Source of the DNA: Myxococcota bacterium
GTDB taxonomy: Bacteria > Myxococcota_A > UBA9160 > PR03
NCBI GenBank assembly: GCA_041611735.1
Contig: JBFIML010000001.1
Location: 1-64,000, forward strand
DNA: 64,000 nt
Direction: 5' to 3'
How positions within the stretch are numbered: position 1 is the stretch's first letter; each line of letters begins with the position of its first letter. Of the stretch, positions 17,586 to 26,672 are shown piece after piece. The notes under the pieces were generated by a model, which saw nothing but the letters and a program-made list of their open reading frames with translations, was not told the origin of the DNA and did no database searches. A program made the position numbers and the translations under genes.

Positions 17586-18404
17586 GTGGCGCACGTGCCG
17601 GCGCGCCGCCACCGGGGGCTCGTGCTCGGACTCCTGGTGGTGCTCGCCGCGGCGGGAACCCGCGCCGAAGAGCCGGCGGGCCCGGCGCCGCGCCCCGAGG
17701 TGGCGTTGGATCCGGCCTCCGCGCCGCCCGGGGCGGATGCCCTCCTCGAAGCGGAGGACGACCTGGTGGAGCTGGCCGAGGAGGAGGTCGGCGCCGAGGC
17801 GCCCGATCCCCTGGAGCCCGTGAATCGGGGTCTCTTCCGCGTGAACCGCGTCTTCGACCGCTTCTTCTTCGAGCCCCTGGCGCGCGGCTACGGATGGCTC
17901 GTCCCCGACCCGGGCAAGCGGGCAGTGGGGCGCGTCTTCGCCAACCTGAACGAGCCCGTGGTGCTGGTGAACGATCTCTTCCAACTCCGGCCTCGACGGG
18001 CGCTGGACAGCGGTGCGCGCTTCGTGGTCAACACGACCGCGGGGGTGGGCGGCCTGTTCGACATGGCCTCGCGTCTCGGCGTCGATCCCCACCACGCCGA
18101 CTTCGGGCAGACCCTGGCGCGGGCCGGTCTCGGCCCCGGCGCGTATCTGATGCTCCCGCTGCTCGGACCGAGCACCGTGCGCGATGCCCTGGGCCAGATC
18201 GTGGACGTGGCGTTACGACCGGACACCTGGCTGCTCACGCCCGGAGGGCGCTTGGTGCTGGCCAGCACCGGCGGCGTATCGCGACGCGAGGCGCACCTGA
18301 TCGAGCTGGAGGAGTTGGAGCGTTCCTCGGTGGATTACTATGCGGCGCTGCGGAGCGTCTACCTGATGCACCGCCAACGGCTGATCGAGGAGGGGTACGA
18401 ATAG
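17586..18404 (+). CDS. VacJ/MlaA family protein
   Basis: DPLEPVNR, RFVVNTTAGVGGLFD, DFGQTL, YLMLPLLGPSTVRD. AGGAGG RBS before GTG 17586. Confidence 0.9.
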   Translation: MAHVPARRHRGLVLGLLVVLAAAGTRAEEPAGPAPRPEVALDPASAPPGADALLEAEDDLVELAEEEVGAEAPDPLEPVNRGLFRVNRVFDRFFFEPLARGYGWLVPDPGKRAVGRVFANLNEPVVLVNDLFQLRPRRALDSGARFVVNTTAGVGGLFDMASRLGVDPHHADFGQTLARAGLGPGAYLMLPLLGPSTVRDALGQIVDVALRPDTWLLTPGGRLVLASTGGVSRREAHLIELEELERSSVDYYAALRSVYLMHRQRLIEEGYE

Positions 18405-18435
18405 CGTGGCCAGCGCCGACCGCTGGAGCCCCGAC

Positions 18436-19113
18436 TCAGGAAGCGATGCCCTGCTCCTGGTCGGCGATCTTCTCCTCGAGCGCCCGCAGCAGGCCTTCGA
18501 AGCCCTGGCGCCGGATCACCGCCGAGTACTCCGAGCGCCGCAAGGCCAGCTCGCTCACGGTGCCGTTCAAGAACACGTCGAAGATGCGCCAGCCATCCTC
18601 GGCGCGGCGCAGCCGGTAGTCGAGCTGGACCGGCTCGCCATCGCTCTTGACGATTCGCGTGTGCACGAGCACGGTGCCGAGGGCGGCGGACTCGGCTCCC
18701 AGGCTCTCGAAGCGCTCCCCCGCGTAGCCATTGAAGCGCCCGGCATAGTTCGCCACAGCGAGGCGCGAGAAGGTGGCGACGAAGTGCTCACGATCCGCCT
18801 CGGAGAGCTTCTTCCAGTGCCGGCCCAATGCCTTGCGGGCCATGAGCGCGAGATCGAAGCCGCCGCGCACCACCGGATCGAGTCGCGCCTGGCGGCCTGC
18901 GTAGCCGAGCTCGCCGGCACCGCGCATCACCTCGAGCAGGACGCCGTGGAAGCCATCGACCACGGCCCGGGCGCCGTTGCGGTCCGCCTGCGTGGATTCC
19001 TCCGCCCGGCCGAGACCCGGCCCCAGCAGGACGGCCGCCAGGGCGATGGCCGCCACGAGCCTCGATGCATCGCGCCGGTTCCGAGCAGGGAAGTGCACGA
19101 CGCACTTCAGCAT
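18436..19113 (-). CDS. MlaC/HpnM-family periplasmic lipid shuttle
   Basis: FDLALMARKALGRHW, LDYRL, WRIFDV, SELALRRSEY. The real start may be downstream of 19113. Confidence 0.85.
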   Translation of the reverse strand: MLKCVVHFPARNRRDASRLVAAIALAAVLLGPGLGRAEESTQADRNGARAVVDGFHGVLLEVMRGAGELGYAGRQARLDPVVRGGFDLALMARKALGRHWKKLSEADREHFVATFSRLAVANYAGRFNGYAGERFESLGAESAALGTVLVHTRIVKSDGEPVQLDYRLRRAEDGWRIFDVFLNGTVSELALRRSEYSAVIRRQGFEGLLRALEEKIADQEQGIAS

Positions 19114-19142
19114 AGCGGAGCGCCGGCAGCCCCGGAGAGTCC

Positions 19143-21788
19143 GTGATCGGGGGCGTCGAGGCGGCCGTCGGACGCTTCGCGGCCCGCTGGACGGACGCCG
19201 CCCAGCGCCGTCCCCTCCTCACCCTCGCGGCCTGCCTGGTGCTCGCAGTGCTGGCGCTCTTCCACGCCGCGCGTCACCTCGGCGTGAACGCCGACACGGA
19301 CGCCATGCTGTCCAGCGAGCTCCCCTTCCGGCGTCAGCAGGCGCAGCTGGAGACCGCGTTTCCGGGGCTCGAGGACACCCTGGCACTGCTGGTGGAGGCG
19401 TCCACGCCGGGCCGCGCCGCACGCGCCGCGGACGCCCTGGCGGCGCGTCTGGCGGCGCAACCGGAGCGCTTCCGTCACGTCTTCGTACCGGGAGGCGGCG
19501 CCTTCTTCGAGCGCAACGGTCTGCTGTACCTCGAGCTGGAGGACCTCGAGGAGCTGGCAGACCGGCTGGCCGCCGCCCAGCCCTTCCTGGCCGAGCTGTC
19601 CCGCGACTCGAGCCTGGCGAGCCTGCTCGGCCTGCTCGAGCGCGCGGTGCGGGAGTCCGAGTCGGAGTCCTTCACCGCGGTGGACCTGGTGGGGGCCTTC
19701 GATGGGATCGCCGGCGTCCTGGATGGCGACGCCGCCACTCCGCCTGCCTTCGCCTGGGAGGCCTGGGCGCTCGGCTCCGACCTCGACGTCTGGAGCCGGC
19801 GCCGCCTGGTGCTGGCGCAGCCGGTGCTCGAATTCGCGACGTTGCAGGCGGCGCAGCCCGCCCTGCAGGCCATCCGCGCTGCGGTGCGGGAGCTCCACGC
19901 GCAAGAGCCGGGCCTGCGGGTGCGCGTGACCGGGGATCCGGCGCTCTCCGCCGAGGAGCTGGCGTTGGTGGAGCGTCAGGCGGGGTGGGCGGGGATCGTG
20001 GCCTTCGGGCTGGTGGCCGGCCTGCTCACCCTCGGGCTGCGCTCCTTCCGCACCGTCCTGGCGCTGCTCGCGACGCTCGCCTGCGGGCTCGCCTGGACCC
20101 TGGGCTTCGCGGCGCTGGCCGTGGGCCACCTGAACCTCATCTCCGTGGCCTTTGCCGTGCTCTTCATCGGCCTCGGCGTCGACTTCGGCATCCACTTCAG
20201 CATGCGCTACCGGGAGCTGCGCGCGGCGGGCGAGGGTTGCCCGGAAGCCCTGCGCGCGAGCGCCGGTCAGGTAGGCGGCTCCCTGGTCCTGTGCGCGCTG
20301 ACCACGGCGATCGGCTTCTACGCCTTCGTGCCCACCGACTACGCGGGCGTGGCGGAGCTCGGCGTGATCGCCGGGACCGCCATGTTCCTGAGCCTGGCGG
20401 CCACCCTCTCCCTGCTGCCGGCCCTGCTCAGCCTCGCTCCCGGCGCCGGCCGCGGCACGATCCCCGCCGGGTCGCTGCTCGTCACGTGGATGCCGAGCCT
20501 GCCGCTGCGACGTCCGCGGGTCGTGCTGGGTGCCGCCCTGCTCGCCGCCGCGGTCGCCGTGGCGATGCTCCCGCAGGTGCGCTTCGACGCGAACCCGCTC
20601 CACGTGCGCGATCCGAACGCCGAGTCGGTGCGGGCGATGCAGGACCTGCTCGACGAGGGCGACACGGTGCCCTGGACCGTGGAGCTCGTGGCGGGGGACC
20701 TGGCCGAGGCGGAGGCCCTGGTGCGCCGCCTGGATCGGCTCGAGCCCGTGGAGCGCGCCATCAGCCTGCGCGATTTCGTGCCGCAGCAGCAGGACGAGAA
20801 GCTCGAGGTGCTGCGGGACGTGGCGCTGTTCCTGGGTCCCATCGCGCCCCGAGCCCGGGGGCGGTCCGATCCGGAGCCGGCGCGGCTCGCCCTCGCTTCC
20901 CTGCACCAGGCGCTGGCGAGCCGGCGGGCCGAGCCGGACGTCCCCGCCCGGCTCGAAGCGAGCCTGCGCCGCCTGCAGGATGCCACTTCGGATGCGCGCG
21001 AGCGCCTGACCCGCAGCGCGGATCCCGCCGCGGAGGTGCAGCGGCTCGAGGCGCTCCTGCTGGGCGATCTGCCGGACTGGCTGGCGCGCCTCGACCGCGC
21101 GCTGCACGCGACGCCGGTCCGTCTCGCGGACCTTCCCGAGCCGCTTCGGCGCCGTTATCTGGCGCCCGACGGCCGGGCGCGGGTGCAGGTCTTTCCGGGC
21201 GAGGACGCCTCGCGCCCGGAGGTGCTGGAACGCTTCGTGGATGCCGTGCAGGCGGAGGTGCCCGACGCGGCCGGCAGCGCAGTCAGCATCGTGGAGTCGG
21301 CGCGGGCCATCGTGCGGGCCCTGCGCCGCGCCCTGGCCGGAGCCCTCGTGGCCATCACGCTCCTCCTGCTCGCCCTGTGGAGGAGCGTGCGGGACACGCT
21401 CCTCGTCCTGGCGCCCCTCCTGCTCGCCGCGCTTCTCACGGCGGCCGGTTCGGTGGTGCTGGATCTGCCCTTCAACTTCGCCGACGTGATCGTGCTGCCG
21501 CTCCTGCTCGGGATCGGGGTGGACAGCGGGATCCACCTCGTGCACCGCCATCGCGAGCGCGTGCCGACCGACCGTGACGTCCTGCACACGAGCACGGCGC
21601 GTGCCGTGCTGTTCAGTGCGTTCACGACCATCGCGAGCTTTGGGAGCCTCGCCTTCTCGACCCACCGCGGCATGGCGAGCCTGGGTCAGCTCCTGACGCT
21701 CGGGGTCGCCCTCACGCTGCTGGCCAACCTGCTGGTGCTGCCCGCGCTGCTGACCGGACTCAGGCGTCCCCCAGCACGAAGTCGGTGA
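19143..21788 (+). CDS. hpnN: MMPL/RND transporter, HpnN (hopanoid-associated) type
   Basis: FFERNGLLYL, LNLISVAFAVLFIGLGVDFGIH, LPLLLGIGVDSGIH, STHRGMASLG. Adjacent to HpnM-like and VacJ genes. Confidence 0.8.
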   Translation: MIGGVEAAVGRFAARWTDAAQRRPLLTLAACLVLAVLALFHAARHLGVNADTDAMLSSELPFRRQQAQLETAFPGLEDTLALLVEASTPGRAARAADALAARLAAQPERFRHVFVPGGGAFFERNGLLYLELEDLEELADRLAAAQPFLAELSRDSSLASLLGLLERAVRESESESFTAVDLVGAFDGIAGVLDGDAATPPAFAWEAWALGSDLDVWSRRRLVLAQPVLEFATLQAAQPALQAIRAAVRELHAQEPGLRVRVTGDPALSAEELALVERQAGWAGIVAFGLVAGLLTLGLRSFRTVLALLATLACGLAWTLGFAALAVGHLNLISVAFAVLFIGLGVDFGIHFSMRYRELRAAGEGCPEALRASAGQVGGSLVLCALTTAIGFYAFVPTDYAGVAELGVIAGTAMFLSLAATLSLLPALLSLAPGAGRGTIPAGSLLVTWMPSLPLRRPRVVLGAALLAAAVAVAMLPQVRFDANPLHVRDPNAESVRAMQDLLDEGDTVPWTVELVAGDLAEAEALVRRLDRLEPVERAISLRDFVPQQQDEKLEVLRDVALFLGPIAPRARGRSDPEPARLALASLHQALASRRAEPDVPARLEASLRRLQDATSDARERLTRSADPAAEVQRLEALLLGDLPDWLARLDRALHATPVRLADLPEPLRRRYLAPDGRARVQVFPGEDASRPEVLERFVDAVQAEVPDAAGSAVSIVESARAIVRALRRALAGALVAITLLLLALWRSVRDTLLVLAPLLLAALLTAAGSVVLDLPFNFADVIVLPLLLGIGVDSGIHLVHRHRERVPTDRDVLHTSTARAVLFSAFTTIASFGSLAFSTHRGMASLGQLLTLGVALTLLANLLVLPALLTGLRRPPARSR

Positions 21789-22626
21789 GCGCCTCCCGGA
21801 AACCCTCCGGGTTGTCGATCATGACCGAGTGGCCGGCCCGCGGCACCACCGCCAGGCGGCCGTGGGCCAGGGCCTCGTCCACCATGCGGTCGGCGGTCCG
21901 GGGGGAGAGCACGTCCGAGGCGGCACCGCGCACCACCAGCGTCGGGCAGGTCACGCGGGCCAGCGCCTCCCAGAGGGAGCGCGTGGTGGCCTCCTCCCGG
22001 CCGTCCGCTTGTTCCCGGCCCGCCACCCGGGTGAGCTCCCGCCAGGCCGGATCGAGCTTCGGGACCCAGTGCCCGTCCGCCTCCCGGCGCAGGCCGTGCT
22101 CGGCCAGCCGCGTCAGCACCTCCGGCCGGGCGGCCGGATAGACGCCTGCCAGCACGCCCGCGTACTCGCGGGGCGAGGCGAAGCGCACCGGCGCGCGGCG
22201 CGTGGCGTCGAGGCGGATGCGCAGCACGCCGCGCGGATCGAGCTCCGGAGCCGAGTCCACCAGGGCGAGGCCCGCCATGCGTCCCGGATGGCGGCCGGCG
22301 AACAGGAGCGCGATGCGGCCGCCGAGCGAGTGGCCCACCAGCACCAGACGTTCGATTCCGAGCGCTTCGCTCGCGGCCTCCAGATCCCGCACCAGGCTCT
22401 CGTAGTCGTAGCGGCGCTGGGGATCGCGGTCCGAGTCGCCGTGCCCGCGCAGGTCGAGGGCCAGCGTCCGGTAGTGGGGCACGACCGCAGGCGCCACGTC
22501 GTCCCACACGTGGGCGTCGTTGCCGAAGCCGTGCACGAAGAGCAGCGGAACGCCTGGGCGGCTCCACTCCAGCACGTGGAGGTCGAGGCCGTCGGCGGCA
22601 CGGACGCGAATCGAACGCGGTGACAC
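21760..22626 (-). CDS. Alpha/beta hydrolase
   Basis: HGFG, DLRGHGDS, GHSLGG, AGH. Confidence 0.9.
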   Translation of the reverse strand: MSPRSIRVRAADGLDLHVLEWSRPGVPLLFVHGFGNDAHVWDDVAPAVVPHYRTLALDLRGHGDSDRDPQRRYDYESLVRDLEAASEALGIERLVLVGHSLGGRIALLFAGRHPGRMAGLALVDSAPELDPRGVLRIRLDATRRAPVRFASPREYAGVLAGVYPAARPEVLTRLAEHGLRREADGHWVPKLDPAWRELTRVAGREQADGREEATTRSLWEALARVTCPTLVVRGAASDVLSPRTADRMVDEALAHGRLAVVPRAGHSVMIDNPEGFREALTDFVLGDA

Positions 22627-22660
22627 GCGGCGATGCTAGCCGGGTGGTACCTTGGCGGCG

Positions 22661-24067
22661 ATGACCGATCGCGCCGCCGTCCTGGCCGCCCTCGACGCTC
22701 GCTTCGAACGCACCGTGGAGGAGCTCGTCGAGCTGGTCCGCATCCCGAGCGTCTCGGCAGCGGGCTTCGACCCCCGGCAGGTGCAGCGCAGCGCCGCAGC
22801 GGTGGCCGGCCTGCTGTCCGATGCCGGCTTGAGCCGCGTCGAGGTGCTGCGCGTGGGAAGCGCCCATCCCTACGTGGTGGGCGAGTGGAGCGGGGCAGCT
22901 CAGGCGCCCACGGTCCTGATCTACGCACACCACGACGTGCAGCCGCCCGGACGGGCCGCCCACTGGAAGAGCCCCGCCTTCGAGCCGATGCGCCGCGCGG
23001 ACGGTCGCCTCTACGGCCGCGGGGTGGTGGACGACAAGGCCGGACTCCTGCTGCACGTGGCGGCGATCCGGGCCTGGCTGACGACGACAGGCGCGCTTCC
23101 GGTCAACGTCAAGGTGCTGGTGGAGGGGGAGGAGGAGATCGGCTCCGCCCACCTGGCCGAGTTCCTCCGCACGCACCGCCAGAGGCTCGACGCGGACGTG
23201 CTGGTGCTCTCGGACACGACGAACCTGGAGACCGGTCTCCCCTGCCTGACGGTGAGCCTGCGCGGCCTGGTAGCCGTGGACGTCACGGTGCGCACCCTCG
23301 ACCATCCGCTGCACAGCGGCGTCTGGGGCGGTCCCGTGCCCGACGCGGCCACCACCCTGGTGCGCCTGCTCGCCCCTCTCCTCGACGAGCGGGGGGCGAT
23401 CGCGGTGCCGGGGCTCTACGACGACGTGCCCGAGCTGGATGCCGCGGAGCGCCAGCGCCTGGCGGCGCTTCCCCTCGACGAGGCGCGCTTCCGCAGCGAC
23501 GCGGGCCTGCTGCCCGGCGTCGCTCTCGCCGGCGAGACGGACCGGCCGCTCTACGAGCGGCTGTGGGCGCGTCCGGCCCTGGCCGTCACCGCCCTCGAGG
23601 GCATGCCTCTGGCGGAGGCCGCCAACCAGCTGATGGCCCAGGCGAGCGCGCGCGTGGGCGTGCGCCTTGCCCCGGGTCAGGATCCCGGGCGGGTGCGCGA
23701 CCGGCTCGTCGCGTTCCTGCGGCGCGACCCGCCGTGGGGCGTGGAAGTGGAGACGCGCTGCGAGGTGGCGGCGCCGGGCTGGCGCACCGAGCCCACCGGC
23801 CCCGCCTTCGAGGCGGCGCGGCGCGCCCTGGCGGCGGGCTTCGGGCGTGAGGCGGCGCTGGTCGGCTGCGGCGCCACCATCCCCTTCGTGGGGCCCTTCG
23901 TGGAGGTGCTGGGTGGCGTGCCGGCGCTCCTGCTGGGCCTCGAGGACCCGCCTTGCAACGCCCACGGGGAGAACGAGAGCCTGGACCTGGGCGACTTCCG
24001 CAAGGCGGCACATGCGTCGGCGCACCTCCTGGCGGAGCTCGCGACGGTCCCCCGTCGGACGCGCTGA
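22661..24067 (+). CDS. M20 family dipeptidase/amidohydrolase
   Basis: YAHHDVQP, YGRGVVDDKA, EGEEEIGS, AHGENE. Confidence 0.9.
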   Translation: MTDRAAVLAALDARFERTVEELVELVRIPSVSAAGFDPRQVQRSAAAVAGLLSDAGLSRVEVLRVGSAHPYVVGEWSGAAQAPTVLIYAHHDVQPPGRAAHWKSPAFEPMRRADGRLYGRGVVDDKAGLLLHVAAIRAWLTTTGALPVNVKVLVEGEEEIGSAHLAEFLRTHRQRLDADVLVLSDTTNLETGLPCLTVSLRGLVAVDVTVRTLDHPLHSGVWGGPVPDAATTLVRLLAPLLDERGAIAVPGLYDDVPELDAAERQRLAALPLDEARFRSDAGLLPGVALAGETDRPLYERLWARPALAVTALEGMPLAEAANQLMAQASARVGVRLAPGQDPGRVRDRLVAFLRRDPPWGVEVETRCEVAAPGWRTEPTGPAFEAARRALAAGFGREAALVGCGATIPFVGPFVEVLGGVPALLLGLEDPPCNAHGENESLDLGDFRKAAHASAHLLAELATVPRRTR

Positions 24068-24154
24068 GGGGGCGAGGCCGCTCCATGCGGGCGGCTCGCC
24101 GGCAGTGGTAGGCTCACCCCCGGCGGCGATCGCCGCCGCCACGTCGGAGGACCC

Positions 24155-24457
24155 ATGACGCAAGCCCCCGTGCGCGTGATCGCCACCTTCGCGGTGCAGG
24201 CCGACAAGCTGGACGAGTTCATCGAGGCGGCGCGCAGGACGCTCGTCGCCCCGACCCGGAAGGAGGCGGGCTGCGTCCAGTACGACCTCTGCCAGGACGC
24301 GGCGGATCCCACCCGGTTCGCCCTGGTGGAGGCGTGGGAGAGCGAGGGTGCGCTCGAGGCCCATCTGGCCCAGCCGTCGCTCCAGGCTGCCGTGACGCGC
24401 CTGGCTCCCCTGGCCGCCGAGGCGCCCCGGGTGCAGCGCCTGCGCGCCGTCTCCTGA
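24155..24457 (+). CDS. Antibiotic-biosynthesis monooxygenase (ABM) family protein
   Basis: TRKEAGCVQYDL...EAWES...AHL. Confidence 0.85.
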   Translation: MTQAPVRVIATFAVQADKLDEFIEAARRTLVAPTRKEAGCVQYDLCQDAADPTRFALVEAWESEGALEAHLAQPSLQAAVTRLAPLAAEAPRVQRLRAVS

Positions 24458-24464
24458 GCGCGCC

Positions 24465-25124
24465 GTGGACGTGCGCATCCGTCCCGCCGTCCGTGAAGAC
24501 GCCCACTTCCTGGCGTGGGTCATGCAGGAGGCCGCCCGCTCCCATCTCGAACGCGGCATGTGGGACCTGGTGTTCCCGGGCGACGAAGCAGAGCGGCTCG
24601 GCTACCTGACGGCGCTCGCCTGCACGGAGCCGCGCTCCTTCTGTCACCATGCCGGCTTCTGGATCGCCGAAGCGGACGCTCGACCGGCCGCGGCGCTGTC
24701 GGCCTACGTCCCGGCGCAGGTCGGAACTCCGGCCTTCGTGCAGGCGCTGCGGGCCACGCTGGCCGCAGCCGGCTGGAGCGAGGCCCGGATGCGCTCGCTT
24801 CAGGAGCCCTTCGCCCTGTTCCAGTCCTGCACGCCGGACATCCCCGACGACGCCTGGGTGCTCGAGTGGGTGGCGGCGCGACCCGAGTTCCGTCGCCGCG
24901 GCCTGGTCCGCGCGTTGCTCGAACACACCCTGGAGACCGGCCGCCGCGCCGGCCACCGCACCGCCGTGATCGGAATCCTGATCGGCAACGAGCCTGCCCT
25001 GCGCGCCTACCAGAAGGTCGGCTTCCGCCTGTGCGACGAGCGTCGCCGCCGCGAGTTCGCGGACCGCATGGGAGCGCCCGGCACGGCGCAGCTGCGCCTC
25101 GAGCTCGCGGCGGGACAGCCGTGA
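24465..25124 (+). CDS. GNAT N-acetyltransferase
   Basis: VAARPEFRRRGLV and NEPALRAYQKVGF. Confidence 0.85.
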   Translation: MDVRIRPAVREDAHFLAWVMQEAARSHLERGMWDLVFPGDEAERLGYLTALACTEPRSFCHHAGFWIAEADARPAAALSAYVPAQVGTPAFVQALRATLAAAGWSEARMRSLQEPFALFQSCTPDIPDDAWVLEWVAARPEFRRRGLVRALLEHTLETGRRAGHRTAVIGILIGNEPALRAYQKVGFRLCDERRRREFADRMGAPGTAQLRLELAAGQP

Positions 25125-25768
25125 GCCGGTACGAGCGGGTTGGCTGGGCGGGCGCGCGCCGCGCGGCGGCGCTCGTCCTGCTGGTCGCGCTCGCCTTCGG
25201 CTGTACCTGGGTCAAGCGCTTCGGCTACGCGGGGCCGGGCCGCGACCGCTGGCAGCGGCCTGCAGAGGTGGTGGCGGCCCTCGCCCTGCCGCCCGCCGCG
25301 CAGGTGGCGGATCTCGGCTCGGGGGGCGGCTACTTCAGCTTCCGCCTGGCGGAGGCGGTGGGCCCCACCGGCACCGTCTACGCGGTGGACGTGGACGCGG
25401 GCCTGAACCGATGGCTCGAGCAGGAGGCCCGTCGGCGCGGGCTCGGGAACGTGCGCGTGGTCCTGGCCGCCCCGGACGATCCGCGCCTGCCGGCCGAGGG
25501 CGTCGACCTCGTCTTCACCTGCAACACCTACCACCACCTGCAGGAGCGCAGCGCGTACTTCGCGCGGCTGCGAGCCTTCCTGCGTCCGGGGGGCCGGGTG
25601 GCGATCGTCGAGTACCGCGATGCGGGCTGGATCCCCTTCCTCCACCACGCCACTCCCCGGGACCGGATCGTCGCGGAGCTTGGGCAGGCGGGCTTCCGGC
25701 TCGCGGTGGAGCACCACTTCCTGCCGCGCCAGAGCTTTCTGGTCTTCGACAGGGAAGTCCTCGACTGA
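25121..25768 (+). CDS. Class I SAM-dependent methyltransferase with possible lipoprotein signal
   Basis: RDRWQRP, VADLGSGGGYF, VYAVDV, NTYHH, LRPGG. LAFGC lipobox-like motif. Confidence 0.85.
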   Translation: MSRYERVGWAGARRAAALVLLVALAFGCTWVKRFGYAGPGRDRWQRPAEVVAALALPPAAQVADLGSGGGYFSFRLAEAVGPTGTVYAVDVDAGLNRWLEQEARRRGLGNVRVVLAAPDDPRLPAEGVDLVFTCNTYHHLQERSAYFARLRAFLRPGGRVAIVEYRDAGWIPFLHHATPRDRIVAELGQAGFRLAVEHHFLPRQSFLVFDREVLD

Positions 25769-25848
25769 CTGATTTTGCCCCCAGGGACGGGTACATTTGC
25801 CCCGCGGGGCTCAAATCACCGGAAAAGCCAATTACCGGAAGCGTCAAC

Positions 25849-25890
25849 TAGTCAAGAACGTCCCAATCCGGTACAATGGTTGGACCTCGG
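25849..25890 (+). promoter_or_regulatory. Sigma70-like promoter with adjacent FadR/GntR-type operator
   Basis: TAGTCA (25849)-N17-TACAAT (25872), overlapped at its 3' end by TGGTTGGACC, in an AT-richer intergenic island before the FadR gene. Confidence 0.55.
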
Positions 25891-25910
25891 ACCTCAAATG
25901 GAGCTTTACC

Positions 25911-26672
25911 GTGGTCGACTTCGAGCCCCTGGCGGCGACCCGCCGGGCGGATGGCGTGTTCGATCAGTTGCGCTCCCGGATCCTCTCCGGGGCCCTCCCC
26001 GCCGGCAGTCAGCTCCCCAACGAGCGCGAGCTGGCCGAGACGCTGGGGGTGAATCGCGCCTCGGTCCGTGAAGCCCTCAAGCGTCTCGAGTTCCTCGAGC
26101 TCGTGGTGGTGCGCCACGGGCAGGGCACCTTCGTCCAGGAGCTCTCCGACTCCTCGGCCCTGCAGGTGATCGAGGGTCTGCTGCGCGATCCGGAGGTGGT
26201 GACCCGCGACCTGCTGGCCCAGCTCCTGCTCTTCCGCCGTCACGTGATGGTGCACGTGGTCGAGCTCGCCGCGGCCCATCGCGCCGAGGAGCAGCTCGAA
26301 AGGGCCCGCCGGCTGCTCGTGGCCGAGGACGCCGAGGGCAACGATCCCAAGCGCGCCCTCGAGATCGACCTCGAGTGGAATGCGCTGCTCGGCGAAGCAA
26401 CCGGCAACCTGATGTATCAGCTCCTGACCAACCTCTTCACCAAGCTGGTGCGCCGCCTCGGCCCCTTCTACTACAACGAGCGCCGCGACTCCGCCCGCTC
26501 ACGCACCTTGCACCGCGACCTCCTTGCGGCCATCGAGCGCCGCGACAGCGCCGCCGCCCGCCGCCTGGTGGAGGCCATGTTGTCCTACAGCGAACAGGCG
26601 ATCCTCGGCGAGATCGAGCGCCTCGAGGCAGCCGGTGCCATCGGTCCCGGCGCGCGGAGGGGCACGCGATGA
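25911..26672 (+). CDS. FadR/GntR family transcriptional regulator
   Basis: LPNERELAETLGVNRASVREALKRL...GQGTFV wHTH plus FCD domain. GGAG RBS. Confidence 0.92.
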   Translation: MVDFEPLAATRRADGVFDQLRSRILSGALPAGSQLPNERELAETLGVNRASVREALKRLEFLELVVVRHGQGTFVQELSDSSALQVIEGLLRDPEVVTRDLLAQLLLFRRHVMVHVVELAAAHRAEEQLERARRLLVAEDAEGNDPKRALEIDLEWNALLGEATGNLMYQLLTNLFTKLVRRLGPFYYNERRDSARSRTLHRDLLAAIERRDSAAARRLVEAMLSYSEQAILGEIERLEAAGAIGPGARRGTR

